This document shows positions 1-13,639 of a stretch of 64,000 nucleotides of DNA, piece by piece (the first letter of the stretch is position 1; every line of letters begins with the position of its first letter). The DNA comes from Camelus dromedarius (Eukaryota): NCBI RefSeq assembly GCF_036321535.1, contig NC_087437.1, positions 101,682,001-101,746,000 on the forward strand. Direction: 5' to 3'. Below the pieces are notes generated by a model that was given only the letters and a program-made list of their open reading frames with translations, did no database searches and was not told the origin of the DNA. The translations under genes and the position numbers were made by a program.

Positions 1-140
1 ATCATGTAGTATTTGTCTTTCTCTGACTGACTTATTTCACTTAGCATAGTACCCTCTAGATCCTTCCATGTTGATGCAAATGACAAGATTTCATTTTTAT
101 GGCTGAGTAATATTCCATCATATATATATATATATACATA
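1..140 (-). mobile_element. LINE-1 fragment (ORF2 end/3' UTR), cut by window edge
   Basis: atttgtctttctctgactgacttatttcacttagcata...ttttatggctgagtaatattccat is typical antisense L1 3' sequence. The minus-strand ORF ends in MEYYSAIK, the L1 ORF2 C-terminus. A (TA)n run sits at ~119-136. Confidence 0.9.
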
Positions 141-429
141 TATTTTTTATGATTCAAGAGTCTAAATGCTACCCCAGGGCCTATAAAGGTAGAGTTCATC
201 ATCCAATTGTCTTTCAAAGCTGAGGAAATTATACCCACCAAATGCTTAATCAAAAGCCTGGGAGAATTATGTACAACAAATGGGATAAACCAAAAGTAGA
301 CTGAGGCTTAATGAAACTGCAACTTTCTCCTGACCCTGCTCAACATACAACTGAGCACAGTGGGTGCCATTTCTTTTAACTGCTTCACAGAGTAAAAAGA
401 GAAACTCTCTTGTGCAAGAAAAGAAAATC

Positions 430-960
430 TAGATCCTAGACAGTTCTTTTATACACTGTCTCCAGAGTACAGAATACAAAAGCATTAGATGTGAGCCAAG
501 AAAATGTGACTGATAAGCAAGAGAAAAAAATAGACCAAAGAAGCATCTATACAGATGATCTAGGAATTTAAGTTAGCGGATAAACTCATCGAAGTAATAT
601 GATTAATATGCCAAAGGAATCAGATTAAGTGGAAAAATAAGTGGAAGATGGAGAAATATAAGCAGATCTCTATGAAAGGATCAATAATACAGTGGTTTAA
701 AAAACAGATTAAGCCTTGAAGAATATGGGATTAGCAAACTCAACTATAGATTGCTAGAATATTTTCAAAGTGAAAAAAAGGAGAGGAATATATATTTAAA
801 ATAAAATTTTAGAGTATAAAAATACACAAAATATGAAAATACAACAATGTGTATAACAGATTTCCAGGAGAAAACAGAGAATGAGAAAGAAGCAATATTC
901 CATGAAACAATGAACAACAGTACCCAAAACTTATTAATCAAACATCAACCTGCAAAGTTA
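430..960 (+). mobile_element. Ancient L1M 5'/ORF1-region fragment
   Basis: A-rich purine-biased tract (aagaaaatgtgactgataagcaagagaaaaaa...acagatgatctaggaatttaagttagc...ccaggagaaaacagagaatgagaaagaagcaatatt) resembling old L1 ORF1. Highly decayed. Confidence 0.6.
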
Positions 961-2499
961 AGGCTTGTGAGACTTAATTATGTTAAAATTATCATATGCA
1001 AAAATTTCTGCTTTTATTTGCACTTTATGTATCTAAAAACAAGAAAAGTAGGAGTGTTTTTTTCACAAAGTCTGTTTAGAAAAGTTAACCAGTATAATTC
1101 AGGCATTAGGCTGGATTTGTCCAGTGGGTTGTATTTTGTTCACTCCTATAACAAATTATTTGTATATATTAATGAAACACATTTTTGCTGTTAATGGGGT
1201 AATATTCTCCCTTCCTAGGTGATGAGTTATTGCCTACAACCTAAATAAGATTATATATATATTCCAGTTACTGAATTAAATATTCTCATTTCTTTTAAAT
1301 GTCCAATAGTATCATTATGAAACTCTCTTCTTTCGTGAATTCTTTCAACTTTAACACAACAGAAACCTGCATAAATATAAACATTTTCTCTTCTAAAAGA
1401 CATTATTTGTTATGGAAATGTGTACTGATTACCACCACTTATAATTTAACGAGTGATTAGAAAATATACAATGGATACAAATGGCAATAGAAAATTAGGT
1501 TAGGCCAAGGAGAATCCAAGTTACTGAAGGCTTTGATACATGTGTCAGCCCATGAATATGGTTTTGAAGATAAGCTTGCTAAGGGGGAAAGGTAATTTGG
1601 CACCAAGAGTTACAGCTGCTTCAGGGCTTAGCCATAAAGAAATACATTTTCATTATATAACTCAGGGGGAAAAAAAAGGAGAAAACTATTATCCTTTGAG
1701 GAGATAAGATTTTTTAAAAAAAGATTTTCCTATTTTAATAACAAAAGGAAAACACTCATAAATTCTTATTACGTTTTTACATATCACAACATCTTTCTTC
1801 ATCTCTTTGTAAACTTTCAAGTGTTGATTTGCTTTTTGCTTTTTCTAATCCACTAAGGAACAATCACAAAAGTATCTGTTTTATGTCTGGCTTGAACATA
1901 CCCGCTTATTGAAAATAAACTTTGTATGTTAACAGAGAAAATAAATGACAATCGTAAGAAAAATTTCAAGGGCTGCTGGTGATAAAAGTATTGGTCTTTT
2001 TTTTTCCTATTCCCCCGCTCACACTGATTACTACTTACTCCCCATCCCTGGTACCACATGCAATTTGTCTTTCCTATTTCTTTCTAAATTTCAGTCTCAT
2101 AACACTGAAAAATATCTACTTTGAGGAAGTTTAGAAGCTTCTTAAATCAGTCTTTTCATTTATCTCTCTGAAATACCATTATATTAAAAGTTCCACAAAT
2201 AGAAAAGATTAGAATTCATTCACATTCTCAACCATCCCCCCTCAACCAGAAAAATGAACGCACTTTTTAACACAGAACTCTATAGTCCTACGCTTTAAAA
2301 AGCTCAGTTTTCACACATACAATCTATCAAATCACTGTTCCATATTATTTGTATATAACACTTTTTTTTAAACCTTTTCCATCATATGCTGAAATTACTT
2401 ATGATTTTAAGGATCTCAATTTTATTCTACTTTCTTTCAGTAGAGAACTCTCAGTTACTGTGAAATTCAACAACAAATGTCTTAGCACTCTGCCTTTAA

Positions 2500-2585
2500 A
2501 AAACTGACTAAAATTCATCAAGTTATGCGTTTAGTACATGTGCTTTTCCATAAACACATCATACTTCAACAAAATTTTTTAAAAT
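2500..2585 (+). mobile_element. Old L1 (L1M) extreme 3' end fragment
   Basis: aaaattcatcaagttatgc...atgtgcttttc...atacttcaacaaaatttttt resembles the L1MC/L1ME terminus. Confidence 0.45.
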
Positions 2586-4399
2586 TTATAACGACAGTAG
2601 TTTAGTCGTACCTGAATGTTATCCCCTAGAATACAGAAAAAAGTTGACACTGTTCACCTTAAGTGTTGTACGCTGTCCACTTTTAACTGCTTTATAGATT
2701 GTATGTATGGGCTACAGAGGCATAGCTCATCGTTAACCATTAATGATTGAGTTGGCATCAATTAATAGCTAATAGTCAGTTATTTTAATTAATAACATGT
2801 TATTTAAATATCAATATACTATACCAGCTTATGGTAAGGATACCAACACCCTCCAGGAGAGCTTTAAGAAATAAGCAGTTACTTATAAATAAATGCAGAT
2901 CAGGAAAATGAAAAGTCCCTGCTCTCTAGTCCCAGTAGAGACACTTGACTTCTAATTTTGTTCTTTAAAAATAAACCTAATGATCAAGAACATCAAGCTT
3001 GATTGAAATACTAAGAACATCAATCTAATTATATTCCTATATTCTGAAAATAGTGATTTTTTTTTCCAGGAATGTTTCTCAAAGACGTTAGTCTCTAGAA
3101 TTCACCCTAACAAGACTCACAGAGAAACTGAAAGCAGACCAAGGACAGTGCTGATTATTTCACACAGCTGAGCTACTTATCTCAACATTTAAGTTTAAGA
3201 AATTCTGGAGCTGACATGTAAAGACAGCTTTGTGTAGTCTAAAGAGAAGCCTTGATTAGTTTGGTTTCTTTTGACTGAACAATTCAGAGTGAGTTTTCAC
3301 AATTTTTCAAAATCAGGAAAACAGATCCCCAGTAAGTACAGTGCACTTTATGTTGGCAGAGACCTCTTACCAACCGGAACAACTGAAAAATATGAGATGT
3401 CTGCCTCAGAAACTGTTTTATTATAACATAAATATATGTACATAATAAAAAAGAAATATTACAAAAGTCTTGTGTCAGCTTTGTCCCCAGTGACACTGCC
3501 CAGAGGAAACCCATTCTAGCTTTCTCAGCTTACTGATTCCCTGCATCGCATAGTATTATATATATATTAACTCCATCTCTTGATTTGTCAACTTAGATTC
3601 GATTAACCTCTGACTATGAAAAAAAGAGAATTACAAGTAAATCCTGTTTCTTCTTCTTAAATATCTTGGTAAGTTTTTTCTTAATCCCTCCTATTAATTA
3701 CTTTAATCTTTTATATAAAGTATTTATGCCTTTATCATTTATTTAATCAACTGCAAGCAGTATACCTTGGCTTCTTTTTAAGTGAAATGAAGAAATTAGC
3801 GCTCTAAAATTTCTCTTAATCTCTGCTATGCTCCTTTACTTTTCAAAATTTTCTAGCTCTTTTTTTTTTGCTTTTACTTTGGCAAGGCATGTAATTTTAT
3901 ATAAAAAGTATAACAGGTTGGCCCCATGCTGTGTTTATAGGTTAAGTCTAGACATTCAAGGAGAGCATAAAATTATTATGAACATCCTCTGTATCACTGA
4001 GACCCTGAGTTTGGGACCTGTAGAGACATAAACATAATGTATCCCTTGTCATTCAAATGTGCTCTTTGATGCAAATAGAAATAGTTTCTAAATGTCAAGG
4101 ACAAATCTCCCTCCCCCACTGCTACATTCTATATGTTGTTAAAAATCTACCTATATTTCAGTTTGCTTTATGTTTGCACCATGACTCTGAACCGTTTTTT
4201 CTGAAATGTTCGCTTTTCTTCCTTATTGACAGAAGAACCCCATGTCATTGTGATATTGCTAACTTCCATTTTCTTAGTATCATTCTAGTTATGGTAACAA
4301 GTTTCACTGTGGTGACTATGATGAAAATAACAGTCAATTTTTTTTAAAAGAACAGAAACATTTTTCTCTAGTGAATAGTTTACTCTTAAGAAAAGAAAG

Positions 4400-4575
4400 G
4401 CTTGTATGACACCTCCATGTTTTAAGGACTCGGGCTCTTCTTGTCTTGATCCTCTTCCATCCTCGTCATTAGATTTGCATCTTGCAGTCTGACACCTGCA
4501 CCAGCTACCAGTGCAATATCTACACTCCAGCCCAGCAAGGGGGAAGAGCAGGAGGGTCTGAGCCTTGCCTTTCGA
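4400..4575 (-). mobile_element. Old MaLR LTR fragment (MLT1J/K-like)
   Basis: The reverse strand reads gatggaagaggatcaagacaagaagagcccgagtcctt, similar to the MLT1J/K segment ggaagatagaaggagcctgggtccctg. Confidence 0.45.
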
Positions 4576-4639
4576 GTGTAGCACCAAGAGGTTGCACGTA
4601 TAATGTTAATTTCAGTAGCGGAGTGTTAACTTGTGCAAG

Positions 4640-4790
4640 ATGCTAAAGCTCTTCTCATCTGCAAAATTTAAATAATAACAGTACCTACTTCATATGGATG
4701 GTGTGAGAATTAAATGAATTAACACTTATAATGCATTTGGAATAGCACCTGACGCAGTAAAGTAATAAGCACAGTAAAAGTCTTTAATAC
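4640..4790 (+). mobile_element. MIR SINE
   Basis: MIR core and 3' part: ctcatctgcaaaat...ataataacagtacctacttcatatggatggtgtgagaattaaatga...tggaatagcacctgacgcagtaa. Confidence 0.85.
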
Positions 4791-5197
4791 TGTTATGATC
4801 ACTTCTTTTGTCGTTTATTGGCCAGAAATTAATTGTATGAAAAGAGTTTGTTGCAAAGAAGCTAATATAATTTTTTGCTTCACCACTGTGAGCTGAGGTA
4901 AAGCCTTGAGTATTATAGGAGAAAAAGAGACATTAGGAGAGACTATAACAAGTCTGTGATACATGCTGTTAATTAAAAACAGCAACAGCACACTTATTTT
5001 TTTCTTGATATTTTTCTCCAGATGTAGCATTCTTTGTCCTGATGTAGAGCCACTCCTCTCAAGGTACCTTCCTTTCCTTATATCCTTATAACACCTTTTG
5101 TGGTCTTCTTTCTTGGATTTGTTTTCCATTAGAAAGAATAAATTCTTTTTTTCTCTTTCCCACCTCTTCTTTGTGTCAGAAAGAACTAATTATACAC

Positions 5198-5528
5198 TGT
5201 CGTAGTCTATTCAGGCTGCCATAACACATACTACAGACTAGGTAGCTTATAAACCACAGATGCTTATGTCTCACAGTTCTGAATTCCGGAAGTCCGAGGT
5301 CAAGGTGCCTGCATCGTCTTGTTTTGGTGAGAGCCCTCTTCCTGGTTCATAGTTGGCACCTCCTCTCTGTGTCCTCAAATTGCTTAAAGGACTAAGGATC
5401 TCTGTGGAGTTTCTGTTATAAAAACACTAATCCCATTCATGAGGGCTCCACCCTCATCACCTAAGCACCCCCCAAAAGCCCCATCTTGGTAACACCATCA
5501 TCTTTCATACAAACATTCAGATATCACA
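5198..5528 (-). mobile_element. MaLR solo LTR, MLT1A/MLT1A0-like
   Basis: tgtcgtagtctattcaggctgccataaca...tctcacagttctg...gaagtccgaggtcaaggtgcc...actaatcccattcatgagggctccaccctcat...aaacattcag matches antisense MLT1A. Confidence 0.9.
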
Positions 5529-5534
5529 TCAATT

Positions 5535-6920
5535 TTAAAATTGTTTATCTCTGAAGATATCTTTATTTAATTCTTATATTTTGGATAATTGTTTTGTAGG
5601 ATATTGATTTTAGTTCAATATCATGTTTGCACAAAACATTTTCAAAGGTCACATTCCATTATTTTCTAAAAGCTAGTGTTGCTGATGAAAAGTCTGATAG
5701 AACACTTGAGTTTTATTTTTTACAGGTAAATTAAACTTAACTTTGGTATTTTAAATTTTCAGAAAATTTCATTCTTTATGATTCATTCTGTTTAGGACTC
5801 CGTGAGATATTTAAATCTGAAGATTTTTGCTTATTTTTTTTTTCTCTCTGGAAAGATTTTTTGATTATTCCTCCCATTTTTCTTTTAATCTCTCTTTCTG
5901 GATCATCTATTAGAAAATTGAAAACTTCATAGTTATTCCTCCATGTAGCTTCATTTTAAAATTTCTTTTCAAATATTATCCTTTGTTTTTCTTTCTTTCC
6001 CTCCCTTCACTTTACATGGTGAAGAATTTCCTAGGGTTCCTCTTCCAGACTTTCAACGAGATATTTTTCTGTAACAACCCTAACTTCCAAAAATGCTATT
6101 ATGGTGTCTGATAATCTTTTTCCCATAGTAGACTGTTTTTATTTTACAGATGTTACCTTTCATAAATCTGTCTAAAACACTAATTAGAACTATCTAAATT
6201 TCATCTGTTCTCTGGATTATTTTAGGTTTCTCAAAAATCAGTCATCTTTCATGTTAATGAATCTCCTCATATGCATGAAAAATTTTAATTTTTTTGTCCA
6301 TTTAAAAAATAAATAAATATAACAATGTTTATTCAAAGGGCTTGTTTGGATTGCTCTTCCATTATGAAATTCTCTTTCTTACTTGGCCTCTCCCTTGAAC
6401 GTACAGCTTGACTTTTACCTCTGGGAGACATGTCAGCTGACTGGTCTCACTTTAGGATGTACAGGCTGGAAACACAGATTCATGTCTCTCCACTTCCCAG
6501 CCTGTGTTCCCCAAATAATCATGGCTTAACTCCAAAGTGCCTATACCCACACTAGGAATTCAACTGTGCCCAAGACTTTTAGAAAGGAAATACCTGCTTT
6601 AACCCTTAGGCCAGTTATTGATGCCCTTCTTTCTGTTAGTAGGAGATTTAACCAACCCATTCCCACTTCTTAGCTTTGCTGACTCCAGGAGTAGAGTGTT
6701 CCAGGGTTCAACGGGGAATACATCACTCCACCTCCATTGACTTCTCCAATTTCTGGTTCCTGTTGTAGCCAATTGTGCTCTGGTGTATCATTCAGTAGGA
6801 AACCAACTCTGGTTCATCATTGTCCCACTTCTCACAAAAGTCGAAGAACTGCATTTGATTATTTGTCCGCACTTTGGATTTTAGAGAGGGAGAGAAGTAA
6901 ATGCATGTCTTCAGTGTTTA
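5535..6920 (-). mobile_element. Ancient L1/HAL1-like ORF1-region fragment
   Basis: T-rich tract containing ttccattattttcta...tgttgctgatgaaaagtctgat and similar motifs typical of antisense old L1ME/HAL1. Right boundary uncertain. Confidence 0.6.
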
Positions 6921-7399
6921 TATCAGACTGTACAGATTATTTCAAATCTCTGCAGATCTTTAACAATGGCATAGGAATAATAAGAGCACTTTTCAATATT
7001 ACACTGTGAATCCAATCAATGGCAATAGAAATAGATGCTCCAAATTATCCTTAAAACACAGTGACATAAAATCCTCTTGGGAGGGAAATTTATTTATCCA
7101 ATGGGAAATCTTGTCAAAAATATTATACTGTTCAGCTAAGTAAAATATAACGTTTGTTAAACTTTTGTAGGATAATGGAATTAAATGCCAAGTTATTTAT
7201 TTGGTTCAAGAGATTACATAATTTACTTGAAGTAGATATGATTCTTCTAAGTTCTCAGAGCTTAAAGCTCTCAAATAAATCACATGTACCTACTGGGTGA
7301 TGGCATACATTGCTATGAAAAGCCTTAAATCAATCACATATACCTGGTGGGTGATAGTATGTTTGCTATGAAAAGAACAAAGTTAGATAAGCTACAGAG

Positions 7400-7605
7400 T
7401 CTGAAAAACATGAGGTTAGACAGGTTTTCTTCTGAACAGCTGTGTGAACTTACACCACTTACTTAAACTCTTTGAATTTATGTCTCTTCATCTAAAAAGA
7501 GAAGAAACTACTTTCCTTGAAGGGTTTTTAAAAGGAGGAGAAGGAATGTTATATATATATATATAGTTGATATTTCATACATAATAGGTACTCAGTAATG
7601 TTGCA
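7400..7605 (+). mobile_element. MIR SINE (decayed)
   Basis: agctgtgtgaact...acttacttaaactctttgaatt...tcttcatctaaaaa...cataataggtactcagtaatgttg. Confidence 0.65.
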
Positions 7606-8619
7606 AACACTAGCAGTGACATAAAAGGTATTGAAAATATTAATCAGAATTATCTAAATTTTATCTGTTCCCTGGATAATCTCTAATTCCTCCAAAATCA
7701 ACTATTTATTTTGGTATTTATGTAGTAATATGTATATTATATATTATATAATTTCTAAAATTAATCTAATTTGATAAAATAAGGTTAATCTACATAAAAG
7801 TTTTGGGACATTGACAAAACAAAACATAATGAACTGCAGAAAATTATTTTAATGAAGATAAAACTAATTTTATCTGATAACACATGTAGTAATTTTAAAG
7901 AAAAGACCAAAAAAGAACTATCAAGAAATCTTAAATAAGGGCATTTATTATTAGGTGACTTTGCTAATTTTTTATGTTCAATTTTCAGTTTTATAGAATC
8001 AAATACATGATTTATCAACATTGAGAATGAATTCTTTTCTAAGGAAAAAGCTCATTTTAACCAAGCTTGTGAGAAATTTTAAGAATTAAAATTTAGAATG
8101 TTAATATATTAAATTTACAGTAAAAACAATTGCTAAGAATTAAAACAAATTTGAAATTCATTGAAATGAGTCAATATCTCTCTAAATATATAACAACAGT
8201 AAAAAGAGACTCATTATCAGCCAATTAAGTCATTTACAGTGAGAAATCAGTCTCAATGACACACTGGGGTACCCAAAGATTTCAATGTCTCCCTCACTCT
8301 CCACATTAGGGGTAACTTTGGCTTATAGGTCCCGAAGTCTCAAATACTCATATCACTAAGTTTCTGTTTCCCCTGTAGGAGAATGCTTGCACGGACATCA
8401 GCAAATTTGTCTACGTACTTCTACTTAATATTCTTAAGTCTATGAAAACTCTATTTTGGAGAAAGCTTTGTTTTATGGTCATATGACTATCCAATAGAAT
8501 ACATAATATTAAACATTTACAACGGTAAGCAGTTTAAAATAAATATCTTTTAAAAAATACTAACATATCTCTATTCTGATTCATTAAGGGTATAAACCAA
8601 GGTATTTTATTATTTTACT

Positions 8620-8730
8620 CAATTTTTATTTACTGAATACCTCAGTAGCATACACCATACCAGGTGTTCCAGTTATAATGGTAGACAAGACAGATATAAT
8701 ACCTAGTTCCACAGTGATTGCAGACTAGTG
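8620..8730 (-). mobile_element. LINE-2 3' fragment
   Basis: atttactgaatacct...ccaggtgttcc...ggtagacaagacagatataatacctag...gactagtg resembles the antisense L2 terminus. Confidence 0.55.
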
Positions 8731-8949
8731 ACTATATATCTATCCAGAATCATAACTTCTAGGTAATGTGGAATCCTGATAGAAGGGGACAGTAAAGAGA
8801 AAACAAATGAGTATAATGATACTAACAGTTCTCATGATAATGTATCGTACTATATGGCATATGGACCCTCATTTGACACTATTCTGATTAAAGCTACCAT
8901 TTCTCTAAAGGGTGCACCTATCTGAAAAGAGTGCATCTCTCTGACACCT

Positions 8950-9132
8950 ATGACTATCTAACATATGTCAAGTACTTTGCAAAGTGGTTTATATTTTGTC
9001 ATTTTCTCCTTACCACATGCTATCACATTCAACTTGTTTCAAATATGTACATAATGAAACTGAGGGTCAAGGAGATGTAACTTGCCTAGTGTCACACATC
9101 TCATTAATGGTGAAGCCAGAAGTTTATACCAG
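8950..9132 (-). mobile_element. MIR SINE interrupted by an MLT1B LTR
   Basis: aatgaaactgagggtcaaggagatgtaacttgcctagtgtcacaca...ggtgaagccagaagtttatacc is the antisense MIR core. MIR-like sequence appears to resume at ~9501-9530. Confidence 0.8.
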
Positions 9133-9500
9133 TGTTACCATTGAATTGTGTCCCTCCAAAATTCATGTGTTGAACTTCTACCCTCCAGTAACTCAGAATG
9201 TAACTATATTTGGAGACAGGTCTTTAAAGAGGTAATTAAGTTAAAATCAGGTCATTAGATGGGCCCCTAGTCCATTAAGACTGGTGTCCTGATCAGAAGA
9301 AGAAATTAGGACACAGAAATAGAGGGAAAACCATGTAAAGACAAAGGCAGACGGCAGCCGTCTACAAACCAGAGTTCTCAGAATAAACACACTGTCTACA
9401 CCTTGCTCTTGGACTTCCAGCCTCTAGGATTGTGAGAAAACAAATTTCTATTGTTTAAGCCACGTAGCCTGCTATAGCAGCCCTAGCAAACTAATTAATA
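9133..9500 (+). mobile_element. MaLR solo LTR, MLT1B-like
   Basis: tgttaccattgaattgtgtccctccaaaattcatgtgttgaa...tatttggagacaggtctttaaagaggtaattaagttaaaat...ggacttccagcctc...tagcagccctagcaaactaat. Confidence 0.92.
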
Positions 9501-9676
9501 TTTCCAGATTGGACCAGATGCTCATAAACTCATAATCTGCCCATAAGCAAAACTGATGGAAACATAAACATTTTATAAGAAAATACAGGTAACTTACTTA
9601 CAGATTGTTAATCAACTGGGCTCTCCACACATGAAACTATTAATTATATGTGTTACAAATAAATTTAAGTAGATAA

Positions 9677-10182
9677 TGTGATGGTTAATTTTATGTGTCC
9701 ACTTCACAGGGCTAAGGGATGCCCAGAAAGCTGGTAAAACATTCTTTCTGGGTATGTTTGTGAGGGTATTTCAGAAAGAGATTAGCATGTGAATCTGTAG
9801 ACAGACTAAAAAAGATCCCCCTCCCCAAGCAACTGAAGGCCTGAATGAAACAAAAAGGCAGAGGAAGGGCAAATTTTCTCTTTCCTTGAGCTGGGGCGTC
9901 CATCATCACTTGCCCTCCGAAATCCTATCTCCAAGTTCTCAAGCCTTCTGACTCACACAAGGACTTAGACCATCACTCTGTCCCTCTCGCCTATTCTCAG
10001 GCCTTTGAACTAGGACTGAAGTGCATTACCAGCACTCCTGGTTCTCTAGTTTGCACATGGCAGACCTTGGGACCTCTTGGCTTCCATAATTGCAAGAACC
10101 AATTCCTACAGTAAGTCTTCTCTTGTATATATCTATGTATATTTTTTTGTTTCTGTTTCTTTGGAGAACCCTGACTAACACA
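9677..10182 (+). mobile_element. ERVL solo LTR, MLT2B-like, with 5-bp target-site duplication
   Basis: Starts tgtgatggttaattttatgtgtc and ends ggagaaccctgactaacaca (TG...CA). Flanked by gataa (9672-9676) and gatac (10183-10187). Confidence 0.92.
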
Positions 10183-12059
10183 GATACCAATTATCACATC
10201 TCAGATGATTTTCAGAAGTAAAAACTGAATGAATAAAAATGACACCAGAAATACAGGAACTTTTAGCAAGAGTTATTATTTGGTGATGAATAACAAACGA
10301 TTTTGCTATAATTGCCATATTTTCTGTAATATCTAGTTTTTTTCATTTAAAATCTATTTCTTTTTAAAATGCAAATTAAATATTATCTTCAACATTTAAT
10401 TCAATATTATTTAATCTACTATAGGAACTGCACCTGCTAGATATTATTTGGAGAAAGTGAGTGTAGGGCATGCAGACTGATACAGCATATCGTCGTAAAT
10501 ACATCCATTATGATTTGTTTCACTACATCTTTAATGGCCACTTTTCTATTATTATTCTCTCCTCATTAAGCACTGATGGCACATTACCCACCTCTATTGC
10601 AATCAACATTTCCTATCAGGAAAACTTCAGAATTTCCCTCTTGATGTCTACCTCCAATTCCATGGGGGTAGGGGTGGGAACACTATTCAGATCTTACTGC
10701 AAAGTTCTGGTGAATAGAAGAGTGGAACCACTTCACTGTTGCTGATGCCTGTTCCTGGACTGTTGCAGGGTGGTTAGTATGGCTGCAGTGACGCTCTCGA
10801 CGTGGAAACTTCTGAATCTGAGTTACCTGATGGTGTCCTACATTTGGCTCCCAGTGATAAAATGCTTTTTGTGATATGCTCAGTTATTTTGGTTTGCCTT
10901 GGGTGCCTGGGTTGGGAAAAGCTTCTCAGGGTAGACATAAGTCACGCCCCAAACAGTCTTTATCACTGAAGACTCAGACTCTTATTCTGATCCTAGGTAA
11001 ATCCTAAATTTTTCCATCTCCCCTGATGATTTGTCCTTCTGTGGCACTGTACCCTCATGCACACTGAAACATGGCCTCTTTCGAGAGGAGTTCCGAAAAC
11101 CCAGTGATATGTCCTCGGACTTGTCTTCACAACCTCACAAAAATTTTAGTATTCCTTTTCCTTTTGTTTCTGAGGGCACCAAGATGCCTCCTGGCCTAAC
11201 ATGCACACAAACAAAGAAGGGTCACTCAGGTCGTTCTTTACAGAACACATATTCTGCTCTAAATTTGTGGTGGTTTTGAGTGACAAGAGAGATCAGCTTT
11301 ATTGTAAATCACTACTTTTGAATGGACAACCAACTTAATCTCTAGCTTAACAGATACTCTGTTACAAGGAGACAAGTAATTACCCTAAAGTCAACTATTA
11401 GGAGTGAGTGTACACTTAAGATTTAGCACTCTGCACTTTCCTTTATTCTCCTCAACCCTCTTTGTTCATTCTTCGTTCTTTTGTGTATAATTCTACGTGC
11501 TCCTCTCATTTCATCAGAATTTTCTTCATGATCAGGATTCTATGATTGATTTTATTTCCCAACCAGTTCCTTTCTCATAACATAGCAAAACAATACAGCA
11601 AAACTAGTGATAGATATTTAGATAGATATTATTGTTGTTACTTAATATAATAAGTGCTAATTATAAAATAAAAGAAGTAATAATATTAACTTCTATCCTA
11701 CTAGCTAGAGGAACTCCTTTACTATATTTTCTTTGTGCTTGAATTCTACTTCTTCTCCCCTATGTCTCTATTTGTTTGCATGTTTGTATTAGGAAAACAA
11801 TGTTAATATATTCTTGTTTCCCCTCCTTCTCCTTTTCTTTATTATAGAGGTCTGTTCACTGAATCAATTGACAAATAGAAATGGTCTCCGAACAAAAGGC
11901 CCAGGAGAAGAAGAAGAGGAAGAAGCTGGAACTGATATACAGAGCAAGAGTCTGGGACAGGGAGAGGACGATTCGTGTAGTCTAACAGCAGTGGTGATCC
12001 ACACCCTACCTCTAGGCTTGTATATGGAGAAGACAGACAAATTCATGAAGAATAAACAC

Positions 12060-12660
12060 TACTATCTGGATTTCACACCAGAAAAACCACAGAGCCTGAG
12101 GCGACAGCCTGTTTGCTAACAATTATTTGACAGTGTGCACTGCCAGGGAAACAAGAAGCAGGGGTGAAGGGAGTGAGATAGGGAAGAGGGAGAGCAAACA
12201 CAAAGTGATGCATCGCCAAGCTGGTGACAGCTTAACATCAAAACACAACTGGTGGCTGTGACACTTGGGGGCACCTCCCAAGAGGCTGCATGGGACCACT
12301 GCATTTCAAAACAGTTCATTGCTGGTGAAAGACAGTGAAGGAAGGCTGAGCAATTAATCTGTCATCTCTTTCCTGTGTTTTATCCCCTTGTACTCACGGG
12401 GTGTAACTCTGTGGGTCCCCAGTCACACAGTTCTGGGTTGGGTTTTAGAGCCATTGCTTGCTGGTCTCTCCTTATCAGTGGGTGCAAAGGGCAGGGGGAG
12501 GTGCTCCTGGGTAGTGATGGAGGCAGCAGCCATAGCAACCTGATCTTCAGGGCTGTGAGTACAAGGCAAGCCATCAACAGAACAGATCCAGCAAAGAAAC
12601 CAGGCAAATGACCAAAGCACAGAAGTGGGGCGTAAGGTAGAGGGGAACTAAGACGATCTG
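12060..12660 (-). mobile_element. Old ERVL-class LTR (LTR16-like)
   Basis: cagagcctgaggcga...aattatttg...ccagggaaac...gggagtgagatagggaagagggagagcaaac resembles the antisense 3' part of the LTR16 group. Locally GC-richer. Confidence 0.5.
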
Positions 12661-13639
12661 AAGTAAACCTTTCTACTCGCCCAGCAATAGAAGCTTTTGA
12701 GTGAGAAATTAGTTACTTGTGTTTCCAGTTTTTGAATTTCCTACCTGCTAGAAAAGAGTCTTCTCTGGGATTGTGCAAAACAAACCCACGATCAAGAACT
12801 GATGATAAATGTGATCCTTCGTGCCCACATATTTATAGTGCTCATAATTTTGTTACATAATTGATAATGGAGACATGAAACGGGCTCTCAGAAATCATAA
12901 TTCAGCAACATTAGAGGGACTCGATGAGACAGAATTTCAAAGTATTACAGAACTCAGAGGATGGTGGAAGCAATAAATAGAAGGTCAGTGTAGTTTTTTG
13001 TTTGGGGGGAAGTTTTTTTGATGAAATTTATTTCTCTGACTTTCTAGAATACCTGGGCAAAAAATTGTGTGTGTAGTTTTCCTTAAAGACGCTGCTTTGA
13101 ATTCTAAATTCATAAAAGGAATGAATAAAAGAAACAAATAATCACAAAGAAAATAAGTCTCTTCTTACAGTTAAAAAAGAAGCATAATCTGATAAAGGAC
13201 AATCTCCCCTCTTGATCCTTTCCAACATCTAAAGTCGGAGAAAGTTACAGAGATGGTGTTAAGGGTGCGTTTCACAAACGAGAGAACAGAGTCAGAGGCC
13301 CCATCAGCTCAGTTAGGGCACTTGGAGACGCTAGGGTACAGGGAGGTCAGACCTGGGCCACACAGCAACTCTACTCCATGCACTGCCCCCCACTCTGCCT
13401 CTTTACTGTGCAAGCTGGCCAGGACATATCACATGACCTTAGAGGGAGCCATCGAAAGAACTGAGGTCAAGGCTAATGTCTTATTATAGAATACAGGATT
13501 GAGAGATAAAAGTGAAGTTGAATGAAAAAAAAAGATTAAATAAGAATTTTGCACAACTGAGTCTGTTGACTGGCATTCTCTCTCTTCCTCTTTCTTTTTC
13601 TCTCAGTCTCTGTCTCCATCTCTCTCCATATATATTCTA

